Source: Schizosaccharomyces osmophilus | Lineage: Eukaryota | Reading direction: 5' to 3' | Assembly: GCF_027921745.1 (NCBI RefSeq) | Contig: NC_079239.1 | Location: 310,001-374,000 of the forward strand | DNA length: 64,000 nt | In this document: positions 11,893 to 24,281 of the stretch, in pieces | Position numbering within the stretch: position 1 is the first letter of the stretch | Layout: every line of letters starts with the position of its first letter | Translations under genes and position numbers: made by a program | Notes under the pieces: model-generated | What the model was told of the DNA's origin: nothing | The model's input: only the letters and a program-made list of their open reading frames with translations | Databases searched by the model: none

Positions 11893-14800
11893 TTAGGAAT
11901 GTAATCTAGCAAGACTCTCCGATAAGTTTACCAATTCATTAACAGAAATGTTTAAGGGTAGTCCTCCATTCTTCCCTTGCACAATTTCGTCCTGTATAGA
12001 CAGAGGCATATCCACGATACCTTCTAATAAACTACCGTCTATAAGCTTACTTGGAAGCTCTTCAGGAATTTCAGAATGACATTTTCTCCAGTCTTCATGA
12101 TTCAATCCACCAGTCGAAGGTAAAGCACGTCTTACATTATCCTGAAGTTGCAAAAGAATGTCGGCATAATCATTCGCATCACCAATAAGTATTATAGCAC
12201 CATCTACTGTGACGGAAATAAGCTTCGGCTGCACAAAGCTTCCTTCCTGCGGCTTTCTTAGCGTACCAATCCTAGTTTTGTTTACGAATTCGCCCAAATA
12301 GTATTGATCCAAACGGCGCAAATGTTTACGGTCGGCTATTTGCGGTGAATGTACATCCCGTAGAAAAATGAATGCGTTACCATCGGCATCGCAAACAAAG
12401 TACTTATGTCTTTCCAGCTTCTCAACAGACGATACCCATATTGGCTTATAGTCTCTGGCTAATTCAGAGAGCTGGCTTTCTGAAAAGTTCATGACGGATA
12501 TTGACTTCATTAAATCACCAACCACTATATCACTATCATCGATGCAAAGGTCTATTGTATACGTAGGTGTTCGAAGACAACCCTCGACATGAAATCCTCC
12601 TTCACGAACAACAAAGGCACTGACTGTGGCATTGATGCCAGCTATAATTAGACCATTGTAGCTTTTAAGCGTGTTTACTGATCCTTGCACCTTATAAGTA
12701 GTGACTAAATCAAGGTTATTCTTATCGACAGTAAACATAAGCAATCGCCCGGAATCGGGTGCATCCTGATCAGGATGGTTATATCCTGTGCCAACGACAA
12801 CGCTAGAGTTGGTTTCTAAATAAACTATACTCTCTACCATTTCATTTGTATCAAAGACAAAGTGACAGATTTCTTCTAACGTCAATTTATCAAAAACTCG
12901 TAATGATGATTTTAGACTCTGCTCTTGGTTTCCTAGGGCATCCTCTAGTTGCATACAAAGGACAAAGTAGTGTTTTTCAGAGGCGCAGATTCTTCGTGGA
13001 AAACCTTCCACTGGAATTGTTTGTATAGTTAAACCCTGAATGGCACCAAGAGAAGCCATAATTAATTTGGATCCCGTACAATATACAAGAGTCGTATTTA
13101 GAGCAGGATGGCAAAATCTCGTAATACTGACGATTTCTTTCGAAGGAAAGGGATTGAAGATAAGTTTATTCGATTCCATGTGTATAAATTGTTGAGTCTC
13201 AGCAATAGAAACAAGAGTCCTTTTTTCGTTTAAAGTTAGGGATTTTAAGCTAACAGGTGTGTTACCTAGGCGTATTACCTTGGGTAGAGCGTCCAAAAAC
13301 CCTTTTTTACCAAAACAGTATTGTAAAAACTGGCCATCATTCGTACTTAGGTAAAGGAAATCATTCAACTGATTACTGAACGAAAAACAAGCTAAACTTC
13401 GAGGAACATCTTTCAATTTGTATTGACATAGCTCTTGAGTAATTCCCTGACCAATTTTTAATCCCAAGACTGAGCATGACCATAGTCCTAAAAAGCAAGT
13501 AGAATCATCTAAAAAGTCAAGACATGAGATTTCCGTATTGCATTGATACCTGGCGATTTCTTCCAACATATGAAGAAAAATTACAGTACCTCCTGTTAAA
13601 GCAACGCAAATTAGATTTTTATATATATTCCCACTATTTATATTAGCATGAGGGGACCAGGAAATAACTTTATTTCCATCAAATAAGCGCACATCTGAAG
13701 CAGTGATTTGCAAAATTTGCTTTCCTTCATCGACGACGCCGATGCTTAATGTGGAAGAATCACAAGAAAGGTCGTTGCACAGTGAAAATTCGCCTTCTGA
13801 GGAAACATAAAGTACCCGGGTTTCACTAGGAAAGCTAATAATGATGTAGTTGTCATAGTCAGCCTGAAAAGAGACAGAAAAGACTTCTTTAATACTCTCC
13901 ATTTCTATTATGCCTATGTCTTGAATTGAGACGGAATTCTTTAAGACACGTATACTACCATCCTTGTAAGCACCACTGCATGTAATTATGGAAGATCCAG
14001 AACTTCCATGTTCAACGATAAAGTCACTTATAGGAGCTATGTTGGAGAAAACTTGTAAAGTTTGCACGTTTAACCCTTGATTAGCCAAACCAGGATTATC
14101 TAATTGTAGAACCGCGGAATCACCATAATGACTTCCCAAGAAAACCTTATTTTGGGGAAGGGAAACCAAACAAGAGGCAATAGAAGACTCGCCAAGCTTT
14201 TCCAAGTCCATTTTCAAGCCATCCTGAGAAAATTCAGAATAAAAGTGGTATATAAGGCCGCTTTCATCAGTTACAAAGAAATGATTAGGATCATACTTGA
14301 TGGAAAAAAAATCTTCTAGCGGATCGGAAATCAAAATTCCGGTGAAAGCTGAAATTGGATAAGAGAGTAAGGACTTAGAGGCTTTAAGGTCTTTACTGAT
14401 GTAGTAGACATACATTTCACCAAAAACGAACACACCACCATTGCTGTGAGCTATAAGCTTACCTTCCTCTATATCGTGACAAACCAAGTCATCTTCATCA
14501 ATTTCACATTCGCGAACGTTTATGGTGTAAGTGGAAAGATGCACAACGGATTTACTGTCGCGATACAAAACAGCTAAAGTTGGTACTGAATGAGTATGAA
14601 GCATACATATATCCACAACATCTAATTCCTTGATGCGGACATTAAAATTATCATGAAGAAAAGCGTCTGTGCTGTTAAGACGTCGTTTTTTAGAGTTGAC
14701 AATGGGAATAATCGTCAGAAGCCCTTGATAAACATGCAAACACAACACACGCTGGATAGGATCTACAAGTAGTAAAGGGCCAGATTGACTTTCGCGGAGA

Positions 14801-15129
14801 GAACGCACACTGCAATCCTGTATTTTGATTCCATTTGCAATTGTTTTGTTTTCAGAGTCCCAGAAAATAGTAAAGTAATGGAAAGAGTCAGTAGCAACGA
14901 TAATATGGTCCGTTGACGACAATGCAGGACGAAATGATTTTAACCCCACAATCCGTCCAAATATGTTTGTGAACGTTATAAGCTGAAGATTATTTTCATC
15001 ATTATACTCGTAAATCTCGATACAGTTGCTCTTAGCTAAGATTACATTGCACGACGTTGAGTCAACAAATTGACAAACAACAGCATTTCTCACTGACGAA
15101 GGCTTGTGTATATACGAAACATAACTCAT
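11893..15129 (-). CDS. ddb1: Damaged DNA-binding protein Ddb1 (CRL4 adaptor)
   Basis: 1078-aa intronless beta-propeller protein with FSNIAPISDF, CSGAYKDGSIRV and VGDLMKSISV motifs. Confidence 0.93.
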   Translation of the reverse strand: MSYVSYIHKPSSVRNAVVCQFVDSTSCNVILAKSNCIEIYEYNDENNLQLITFTNIFGRIVGLKSFRPALSSTDHIIVATDSFHYFTIFWDSENKTIANGIKIQDCSVRSLRESQSGPLLLVDPIQRVLCLHVYQGLLTIIPIVNSKKRRLNSTDAFLHDNFNVRIKELDVVDICMLHTHSVPTLAVLYRDSKSVVHLSTYTINVRECEIDEDDLVCHDIEEGKLIAHSNGGVFVFGEMYVYYISKDLKASKSLLSYPISAFTGILISDPLEDFFSIKYDPNHFFVTDESGLIYHFYSEFSQDGLKMDLEKLGESSIASCLVSLPQNKVFLGSHYGDSAVLQLDNPGLANQGLNVQTLQVFSNIAPISDFIVEHGSSGSSIITCSGAYKDGSIRVLKNSVSIQDIGIIEMESIKEVFSVSFQADYDNYIIISFPSETRVLYVSSEGEFSLCNDLSCDSSTLSIGVVDEGKQILQITASDVRLFDGNKVISWSPHANINSGNIYKNLICVALTGGTVIFLHMLEEIARYQCNTEISCLDFLDDSTCFLGLWSCSVLGLKIGQGITQELCQYKLKDVPRSLACFSFSNQLNDFLYLSTNDGQFLQYCFGKKGFLDALPKVIRLGNTPVSLKSLTLNEKRTLVSIAETQQFIHMESNKLIFNPFPSKEIVSITRFCHPALNTTLVYCTGSKLIMASLGAIQGLTIQTIPVEGFPRRICASEKHYFVLCMQLEDALGNQEQSLKSSLRVFDKLTLEEICHFVFDTNEMVESIVYLETNSSVVVGTGYNHPDQDAPDSGRLLMFTVDKNNLDLVTTYKVQGSVNTLKSYNGLIIAGINATVSAFVVREGGFHVEGCLRTPTYTIDLCIDDSDIVVGDLMKSISVMNFSESQLSELARDYKPIWVSSVEKLERHKYFVCDADGNAFIFLRDVHSPQIADRKHLRRLDQYYLGEFVNKTRIGTLRKPQEGSFVQPKLISVTVDGAIILIGDANDYADILLQLQDNVRRALPSTGGLNHEDWRKCHSEIPEELPSKLIDGSLLEGIVDMPLSIQDEIVQGKNGGLPLNISVNELVNLSESLARLHS

Positions 15130-16579
15130 TTCTTCTTTGATTCAAACCAAGTATATGAGCGGGCTAGATCTTTTAACCAAAAGGATTTAATTTCAATTGT
15201 ACCATAAACAAAATTTGACAGGACGCTGTGTTTATGCGCCTGAGTCCAAAGATTTTATAAAGACAACAATCTATTGTTCGAAAAGAGGATTACGGAAACA
15301 AATAAACAAGGATATGGTGAATTTCCGTTCACCACTGTTTAGAAAGGGTTAACATTCAGATGCCAAACAAGTATAATACTATCGAAGAAGGTAAAAAACA
15401 CTGAGCGACTGTTACTTTTAATAATAATACTATAGAGTATATTGTAATCGCATGTCCATTCTGGATTACTAGTAAATAAATGAAAAGCAATCTTAGTGGG
15501 AGGATTTAGAGAAAAGATAGCTGATTTTGGTTTTTTATATAAAAATTTTTAGCTCTTTTGCCTCTACAAAACTACTTCTTTTCAGTCAACTTGTTTGACT
15601 TGCACATTACTGAACCTTGCAACTTGAACAATTGCTTGTGGTAATAGAAAACGACGTATTCCTTGTTCTTATAGCCAACGTTGGAAGAAATTGATTCCTT
15701 TCCATATTCTAGCAAAAAAAATCTGCTATTGTTGCACAAATTCTAATTCTTCATATCGTACTGAAAGCAACATGGCACACGATATCATAATGGAAAGCAA
15801 AGAAAGAATATTTCTGTTTCAGAAAGTCATCGTAATACTAAGTAGCTGTAGTATTATTGAATTATATTCAATAAAAATACTCTCTCTCCAATAAACTGGG
15901 GAAAAGCACCCAATGTCGAGTTTTCGGTAATAGCTCCAAGGTAAACAAACCAATCTTCTGTCGCTTTGCTCTGTGCTTCCTATAGAAACCGATTTCTTCT
16001 GGTTCCAAGCTCAATTGAAAAACATTTAAACAGTTAAACCGATTTAATAGGTTTGTTGAAGGACACCTCAAAGCCATACACATTCATTCATACAAACTTA
16101 GTGGTTCCTAGTAAAAGTGTGTGATTGTAGCAAAGCACAAAGCAATGAGTAGCATGTATAGACAGATTTGGAAATTCAAATGAGTGTTTTCGCGTGAATC
16201 AATATAGCATCAATGTGACATGGCTTTCTCATATTGACTTTGTCGTTTTGTAAGGTAATAAGTTACAGTCATCTGGAAATAATAGTCTATTAACTTTCAT
16301 GATTAATTTTTTCTTACCGAAAGAGGATCGCACCATGACATTCACTTTTGCCAATTTCCAGTATTCATCCGACATTGGAGGACGGCTGTTTTGTATGTTT
16401 GCTTTTCTAATAAAATCAATAAATTCTTTGAAAGAGGTGGAGAGTGTCTGGATTAGTCACCTTTCTTGTTCTTACTGCCTTCCATTACCAAAGCTCTCTA
16501 CATACTCAACAGCCAAACTTTTCTCGTGCATTGCCAGCAACTGTTAACATTTTTGGATTGCTGTTTCATATCCATTAAC

Positions 16580-17005
16580 ATGTCGTCTGAAGCTCGTATG
16601 TTTAGCATTTCTGATACAATCATCAAGGAAATTGATCGATTCCGCTTGAGACTCAAGAAATCTCTTTTGTTTGCCTACATTTTCAAAATAGATAAAAGCA
16701 CCAAAGAAGTAGTCCCAGATGGAGAAATTATGCAAATAGAAAGTGTCGAAGAAATTGCAGACGAATTGTCTGAAACTCAACCTCGTTACATTCTGGTCTC
16801 TTATCCTACGAAAACGACTGATGGCCGTTTGAGTACACCGCTTTTTATGGTTTACTGGAGGCCAACTAGTTCACCTCATGATCTATCTATGATTTATGCA
16901 TCAGCCAAGGTCTGGTTTCAGGATCAAGCTCAAGTACACAAAGTCTTGGAAGTACGAGAAATTGAAGATATTACGACGGATGCAGTAGAAGAGTTCCTTC
17001 ATTAA
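16580..17005 (+). CDS. gmf1: Glia maturation factor (ADF/cofilin family)
   Basis: 141 aa from ATG 16580, [11 protein letters not shown]...[19 protein letters not shown]...MIYASAK. Confidence 0.9.
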   Translation: MSSEARMFSISDTIIKEIDRFRLRLKKSLLFAYIFKIDKSTKEVVPDGEIMQIESVEEIADELSETQPRYILVSYPTKTTDGRLSTPLFMVYWRPTSSPHDLSMIYASAKVWFQDQAQVHKVLEVREIEDITTDAVEEFLH

Positions 17006-17319
17006 ATTGATTCTGTTCTTTCATTATTTTGGAAGAAAGAATGACCTTATTTGGCTTTTGCAGAAAATGTCAAATAATTGATTCCACAAACTCAAGCTTC
17101 CCTTCCTCTGTACGTTCCGTTATAACACAACACTTTTACATTTAATAATAATGACAATATTGGATGAAAGCCCTTCCCTTCATTTACGAGTCTAACATAA
17201 GTAACTGATAAAGGTAGTGTGATTGAAATGTCATTGACTAGATTTTCATATAAACAAAACTGTAGGTAAGCTAAGCAAGTTATCCAATATGAGTTAGATA
17301 CATTGACAGTAATTTTACC

Positions 17320-18117
17320 TTAAAGCTTCCAAACTTTGCCAAAAGATGAGTTTTCCAAAAGTCCCTTGACTGGGCCTTGCTTGGCTCCAAATTCAGCCTT
17401 TGGTCCAGCAACTGTACCAACAAACTTGGGATTACCGCAAATGATACAAAGAGTTTCACTCAAAGGAACGTCAACACCATCCCATTTAAAAATATCGTCC
17501 GCACTGATTAAGCGATCTTGAATAGTGCGTACACGAACATTGGGACATTCTTTCTCTAATCGTTCCTTCAAAGCAGGCTCTTGACCAGGACGTTCGCAAT
17601 AAATGATATCGACAGGAACCTTTGAGTTTTGAGCTAACTGATAAATAGGTGCAAAACCAGTACCGGCAACAACGCCAAGAATTCTGGAGAATTTGGTATG
17701 GTCTAGCTTGGTAGTCTTAAAGGGACCACGAAGTTCGACGGTGTCACCTTCTTTCTTGGAATGAATATAGGAACTCACGGGTCCGTCTTCATAGTTACGG
17801 ATGTAAAACTTAAAGTCATCCTCATTGATGTACAAAGGGGTATAAGGACGCTGAACTTGCATATCTGGGTTGCGAATAGTAACTTTGGAAATGGGATCCA
17901 AATTCTTCATGTTTTCGATAGAACCCTGGGGAGTGAGAGTGAAAATACTAGCATCGGGGGTAACCTTGGTAATCTGAGAGACAGTAAAGGGAGAATAAAT
18001 TTCAGTATTAAGGCCGATAGGCTTGTTTTGATTTTTATAGGCAAAGTATCCACCTACACAGCCAACTGAAAGGCCACCTAGCAAAAACTTAGAGAAATTT
18101 TTATATGAAAAAGACAT
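17320..18117 (-). CDS. cyc2: Mitochondrial cytochrome b5 reductase-like flavoprotein (cytochrome c heme attachment)
   Basis: 265 aa with N-terminal TM segment, FAD-binding QRPYTP and GPVSSYIH, and NAD-binding AGTGFAPIYQ. Syntenic with SPAC17H9.12c. Confidence 0.8.
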   Translation of the reverse strand: MSFSYKNFSKFLLGGLSVGCVGGYFAYKNQNKPIGLNTEIYSPFTVSQITKVTPDASIFTLTPQGSIENMKNLDPISKVTIRNPDMQVQRPYTPLYINEDDFKFYIRNYEDGPVSSYIHSKKEGDTVELRGPFKTTKLDHTKFSRILGVVAGTGFAPIYQLAQNSKVPVDIIYCERPGQEPALKERLEKECPNVRVRTIQDRLISADDIFKWDGVDVPLSETLCIICGNPKFVGTVAGPKAEFGAKQGPVKGLLENSSFGKVWKL

Positions 18118-18573
18118 TACTAAAAAAAAGACTGCAAACTAATATAACTGAAAAAATGAGAGAGGAGAGGTATCTTTTTTTTTTTTTTTTATGAACAGGG
18201 TGCTGTTGGTGAAGTCAGAAATATTTCGGCGGCATTTTTTTTTTTAAGTAAGGGAAGGAGCTTCTCTCCAATGAAACCAAATTCCAAGATTAATAAGCTT
18301 GTAAATTTATAATTTCTTTTATATATGGAGAATGAAAATGTTACGAATTTCAAGAAAAATAATCTCTCATATCGAACTTTAAGAAAATAGCTCTATTATA
18401 TTCAAACAAAAAAGATTGATACTATTACTTTAAGTTGATTTAACTATATAATAAAAAAAAAAAAGGGCAGCTAAATTCCTTGCTCCATATATGACATTGG
18501 TAGGGGTCCCCAAAAAAAACCCAAAAACAAAAAATAAGTAACGAAAATCAAGATCATCTATATCAAAACAAGT

Positions 18574-19908
18574 CTAATTGGTGCTGAAATCCTTGATAAC
18601 CAAATAATCACGGTAAGCAATATATTCAGTTTCTGTAAAGCCCAAAATGCTTCCAATTTCATTGCTCCTTTTCCCTTTGATTAATTCAATTTCAGTACTG
18701 CTATAGTTTACCAAGGCTCTGCCGATTACAACTTCGTTATATGTTATGTTCACAGCTTGATGAGCGGCAAAATGACCGTTCACATTGGTAACACCTACTG
18801 GCAACAAACCAGCACGGTTTGTCCTCGTAATTGCTTCATGGGCTCCTCCATCAATTTCTAAACTTCCCTGCGGCTTTAGGCCGTGTAAGAGCCAAAAATG
18901 ACGATCGCGCATTCTATTTTGCTTCTTGGCAACGAAATGAGTATATAAGGGTAAGCCCTCGATTTTTTCTAAATCTTCGACAGACGAGGATGCATGTCGA
19001 ATAATTTCAAGGATATTGGATGGTTTTGCACCATGGGAAATGACAACATTTACGCCTGAAGAAGTACCTAACTCGGCGGCAATGAGCTTTGTTTTCATTC
19101 CTCCTGTACCAACGTTACTACCGGGAGAAGAAACGTCTACGATTAGCGAAGAGGTGTCTTGTACCACACGAATAGGCTTTGCATCAGGATTTGTGCGAGG
19201 ATTGGCAGTAAACATACACTCCACGTCTGTTAATAAAAAGAGATAGTCTGCATTAATCATTCCCGCAGTAATTGCTGATAAGGTATCATTATCACCAAAA
19301 CGAATTTCTTGCACAGAAAGCGTATCGTTTTCATTGACAATTGGGACAACACCCAAATGCAAAAGCTCGGAAATTGTACTAGCAGCGTTTACATATTGCG
19401 TTCTCTACAAAAAATCATTAGTCATTCACAACAGAATGCAAAGGGGACACCTTACCTCTGCTATGTCATTTCTGGTAATCAGAATTTGGGCAATTGGTTG
19501 TCGAAGTTGGGAAAATAGGTTATCCCAAAGAGATATCAATCTACCTTGACCAACGGCGGCAATAGCTTGAACTGCAGAGAGCTTGGAAGGACGTTTGGGA
19601 AGGTCCAATCTTCTCAAACCCATTGCAATACCACCACTCGATACTAAAACAACATTGTGGCCCAATTTTCGAAGTTTGACAACAGTTTCCACAATTAAGG
19701 ACAAGTTAGAAATGAGTGGTTCGTGCGTTCTCTCATCGCAAATAGATGAAGTACCTGCAAAAGGGTTAATAGAAGTTATTCATGCAAATATTTTAATAAA
19801 TAACTACATAATTAATTTGTCAACGAAGTTGAAATTAGATTTCTAGTACTTACCAAGCTTGATTACTATCGTATAAGCTTTTTGCGATTGCTTAGCTTTT
19901 GGAGCCAT
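18574..19908 (-). CDS. pro2: Glutamate 5-kinase with PUA domain
   Basis: Exons 19908-19854, 19754-19456, 19404-18574 give 394 aa. [40 protein letters not shown] motifs. Confidence 0.92.
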
Positions 19909-20345
19909 CCTTCGATTGATTTGTTTTTTAATGGTAACGAATGATCTAAAATTTTGTTCAACCGTGTGTAATTACCCAAACTTCCACTAAGTCTACGTCG
20001 TGAGAGCAACGGTAGTGATAAGCTTAGTCTAAGGAGGATCCGATTGTAAAATCTTGAGCAGTATAGTCCATGTCATTCATTTCGGTAATGCTAATTTCTT
20101 AGTTTATTTGTTCATATAACAGAACATATACTACTTGCATCTATTAAGAAAATAATTGTAAAGTCTACGCAACTCTCAATTGCGAAACAGTGACTTTCGT
20201 AACCAAACCTTACAACCGAACGGTAAATCATATTTGTTTTTATGACAAAAACATATAAAGTTACAAATGAAAAAGAAAACAATAGATGTTCGTGTTCATT
20301 AAAGCTTCATTTATAATCTACTACTAGATCATCACTGATCCAACA

Positions 20346-21437
20346 TTAAAGCTCATCACTACTGGTAGAAAGAAAAGAACGAAGAATGTTAAGACGTGCT
20401 TTGAAATCGTCCGCATTAGCAAGAGCAATAGATTTTTGACGCAAAATCTTAGATAAACGCTTAGCTTCCTTGGTAACCCAGTTTTCATCCTTTAAGGCTT
20501 TTTCAAAGACATTCCTATAATATTGAGTCCAGCGAGAGCTATTTTCTAAGGTGAATTGCTTTACCTTTTCGAGAACAACCTCCCTGGCAGCCCGAGAGTT
20601 ATCCATGAACTCTGAAGCAAACTCATCGAGAACGGGAACTCGACCAGCTGAGGGCAATAAGCTTCCATCAATAGAACGCTGAGACCCGGTTTTCTCATTT
20701 AAGTAGTCAGTCAGGCTTTCCAAAGAACGATCGCCGTTATAGGCATCAGGCTCGTCTTTGCGACCTTTTTGGAAAAGTTTGATTGTAGGGAAGCTAGCAA
20801 CTTGATGTTTCATACCAACGTCGGCATAAACATCTGCATTAATCTTTGCAACTTTTACATTTGGTTCATTCTTGAAAACTGCAGCGAGTTTTTCATAAAT
20901 GGGAGTCAAACGCTTACAGTAGCCACACCAGTCGGCATAAAATTCCACCAAGACGTCTTTGGTGTCATCCATTACAATATCATCAAAGCTAGCAGACTCC
21001 AATTCAATAACGCTACTAGGGACTGCATTTTTCTTGAGCTTTCTGACACCGGTCTTCTCAGAAACGAATTGCGTAAGGCTATCCAAATCGCGGGCATGAG
21101 AATACTGAATAGGATCCGAGCCATCATGGGGAAACCATATGAGCGTAGGAAATCCACGAATTTGATATTTCTTTCCGACTTCACCATACGTATCAGCATC
21201 GACTTTACCGATTAAGATATCCTTATTCTCATCAAATGCTTGTCCCAACTCTTCATATATAGGAGCAAGAGTCTTGCAGTGGCCACACCATGAAGCATAA
21301 AATTCAATCAATGCTCCCTTTTTAGCAGAGCGAATTCCATCTTCGAGTTGTTGAAGGCCAGTAAACTCAAACACGCCTTTAGCAGCTGCCAAAGCAAAAA
21401 GCCAGAGGCATATCGTCACCAACAAAGGAATTTTCAT
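20346..21437 (-). CDS. pdi2: Protein disulfide isomerase, ERp38/D-domain type
   Basis: Signal peptide, WCGHC and WCGYC thioredoxin sites, helical C-terminal domain, ends SDEL. Confidence 0.92.
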   Translation of the reverse strand: MKIPLLVTICLWLFALAAAKGVFEFTGLQQLEDGIRSAKKGALIEFYASWCGHCKTLAPIYEELGQAFDENKDILIGKVDADTYGEVGKKYQIRGFPTLIWFPHDGSDPIQYSHARDLDSLTQFVSEKTGVRKLKKNAVPSSVIELESASFDDIVMDDTKDVLVEFYADWCGYCKRLTPIYEKLAAVFKNEPNVKVAKINADVYADVGMKHQVASFPTIKLFQKGRKDEPDAYNGDRSLESLTDYLNEKTGSQRSIDGSLLPSAGRVPVLDEFASEFMDNSRAAREVVLEKVKQFTLENSSRWTQYYRNVFEKALKDENWVTKEAKRLSKILRQKSIALANADDFKARLNILRSFLSTSSDEL

Positions 21438-21811
21438 ATCTCCAATAAATGTTTAATCAATACGGACCGGAAATCCAAACGTATCAACAATCGTTGGTTT
21501 GGTTCTGGGAGGAATTACTGAACGCACTGATGATGATGTTTCAACCAAGCTAACGTGTTATCTTAATAGACTAGACCATGTCGCTAGATACCTTTGCGTA
21601 TCTTCTTTTATGCTTTTAAATCTCAATTGCAGAGCGCTTTATACATCCCTAAAATGTTTACCGCAATAGAGTGATCATTGCAATATAATCACCAAGCCAA
21701 ACGGAACAGAAGGCTCTGCAGTAAGACTAAAACACCAACTTTTTGGGCCTTGAGACTTGAAAGTTTTTGCAAATACAACCATCATAAAAGATTTTGAGGA
21801 TATAAAACAGG

Positions 21812-22298
21812 ATGGTTAAACTCGAAGAAGTCGTTGACGAAACTGAAGTACAAACCCAGGGTCAAAATGTTAGTGATAAGGAAAAGTACATTTACGCTGA
21901 GGAAGACGTTGAAGAATCGGATTCTGATGAATCTGACTTCGAGGGACTTGAAGATGAAACCATGTTCGACCGTATCACTGCTTTGAAGGAAGTTATTCCC
22001 GTTACTTGGCGCGTCAAGATCGCTGACAGTGCCAAGTGCGCTGTTTCTGGCGTTTCTCGTCTTTCTAGCTTTGGAGGAAAGTCTCTGTGGGTTCTTTCCA
22101 CCTCTGCCCTTCTTTTAGGTGTTCCCTTTATGATGTCCGTAGAGGACGAAGCTCAACTTTCTGAATACGAGAAACAATTGAAGGACCAACGTGGTGCTAA
22201 CGAGGTAAGGCATAACATACTATGATTCACAACATAATGACTAACTAATATACTAGGTGATTGCTCCTGGAGCTACTAGCAATGCTCTTCCCCAATAA
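21812..22298 (+). CDS. tom22: TOM complex receptor Tom22
   Basis: Exons 21812-22204 and 22257-22298 (GTAAGG..CTAAC..TAG) give 144 aa. Acidic N-terminus, [25 protein letters not shown]. Confidence 0.93.
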
Positions 22299-22611
22299 AC
22301 AAATCGTACTGGAGAAGGCAATTTAAGAGTTAGTGAAAAGTTTGCTTCTTTCGTATGTAATGATTTGGATGATTGTTGCATCTGTAAAACCAAATTAAGA
22401 ATAAATTCTCTATGCGGACTTTTTTGTTTTGACACTACTAAGTAATATTTTTCATGTGGTAGGCTAGCTTCATATTCACAAACGTAAATTTGAAAGCCAT
22501 TTCTTAAAGTCCGAGAAACAAACGGGATGAATGGGTGTTGAGAAGAATATATGACATTAATTATATGCGGCTTTGAAATTGTCATTGATTTTGTTTTGCT
22601 TTTTCGTCTGA

Positions 22612-23821
22612 CTAGTTTGCATATTCTAAATGAATTCCAAAATATAGAGGATCTATTTTTGTAATGTGCGCCGTTGTACCCAAGGTCAACAAAAAATTCC
22701 GGATTCGTGCCTGCCAAAGTAATGAAATTTCACCCGTAGTGGAAAGGACAGATTTCAGGACCGACGTACATGACTGGATTTTTGAGCGATTATTTTCACC
22801 CACAGTCCGGGAAAGGAACTTGCCACGCCAAAGCTCAGTTCCTATCTGAAGCTTACTTTCATAAGAATAAAGATTAAAATCGTATTGCGTACTAAACGCT
22901 TTCACGTGTGGTTCTGCCGTCGAAAAGGTCGAAGTTATATGTCCAACAATTGGATTCAACGTACAAGTTAAAATAAAGGGTGAATAAAGATGGGAAGGTC
23001 CGCTATGCAGTCGCATTCCTAAACTTGCACCAGGGCATTTCGTCAAAATGCCATAGTATGTTTCGAAGCCCAAACTCCAACACATATTCGAAGTGCTTTT
23101 GCAGGAATCATTCCGTTTTTTCATATGGTTTTCTTTTAAATTTAAATTCCATAAGGCTCTGAGTCCTACCATTGCTTCTGTCGTCTCATACATTAGTTCC
23201 AAACTTCTCTTACCAGTATCATGCTGCCATTGAAAGCACATCTAAATCAGAAATTAGTTATAGAGATATCTCAGTTTAAACTTACAGTTCCTCCATTTGG
23301 ATCGTCAACCTCGTTGGTAGCCAAAACAGAAAATAGACTCCATGGGGAGAGTCTCCTCGCAAATATGGCGTCCAATTTTTTAGAAGGCAAAAAGATGCAT
23401 CCATAAAGAAGAGTAGACTTCTTAGGAAGATTGAAGTCTTCTAGTTCCCCTTGATAATGTATAAACGGAACGTCAACATGTCTGTATCCTTCATAAAATT
23501 TTTGGAGTTCCGTAAGGGGATTTACTTTTGCATTATCTAAATCCACATTGCTATAAATGTATGAAAGAGATCCATTTAGGATTGGCATTGCTGAAATCTC
23601 ACATTTTGAAACAAAATTAGGAGTCGTCAGAGAAGAAAGCTGACAATTGATTCCGGAAGGGATGTCAAATCTTAATATGTCTATATCTATGTTATTCTGG
23701 CTGTCCAAAATGCATATCACTTACTGTCGGCTGTCTGCGTGAGATTGCAGTATAAATTATGAACATTCCAGTTCGTTGTCTTAAGGTATTCATAGCAAAT
23801 GTAATCAGTGAAGCTCAACAT
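22612..23821 (-). CDS. mdm10: ERMES/SAM beta-barrel protein Mdm10
   Basis: Exons 23821-23725, 23680-23286, 23241-22612 give 373 aa. WN..NLY.NLT.TA..IL.FDIP, TLNPIVGHI, YDFNLYSYES, FGIHLEY motifs. Confidence 0.9.
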
Positions 23822-24281
23822 TTTATTATAATTCCGTATTTACTCCATTATAAGTGTTGATCCAGCAATGACTATTTTCGCGAAGTCCACTTGTGGGAGA
23901 GGTACAGAGCACTAACCTAGTGCGTTTGTTTGGGCTTATGGATCGAAAGAAAATATAGGCTATAATGCTCAGCCGTTTCAACGAAAGAGTGCTTTAAGTT
24001 ACATTCAAAATACTCTGTTGCTCTTAAATTTTCTGATATTATCGAGAGTGATAGATATCTCATTTTTTATATTAATAGCATTTAATTTTTACCATTATTA
24101 TTGTAATTTATAACGAGAAATAACATAAAAAACATCAAATATCCCACAAGCATTACCTCAAATATACTCGGTCATAAACGAAGGATGCTGAATCAGTACT
24201 CACTTTAGTTAAGATTAAAAAAAAATTGAAAAGAAAGGAATTATCAGTGGTTCTTTTTCAGCATATCCTTATACATAACTT

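Noticed and set aside
22253..22717. 154-aa minus-strand ORF spanning the mdm10 end and tom22 exon 2
   Set aside because: Overlaps two real genes, starts at TTG and has a UTR-like composition.
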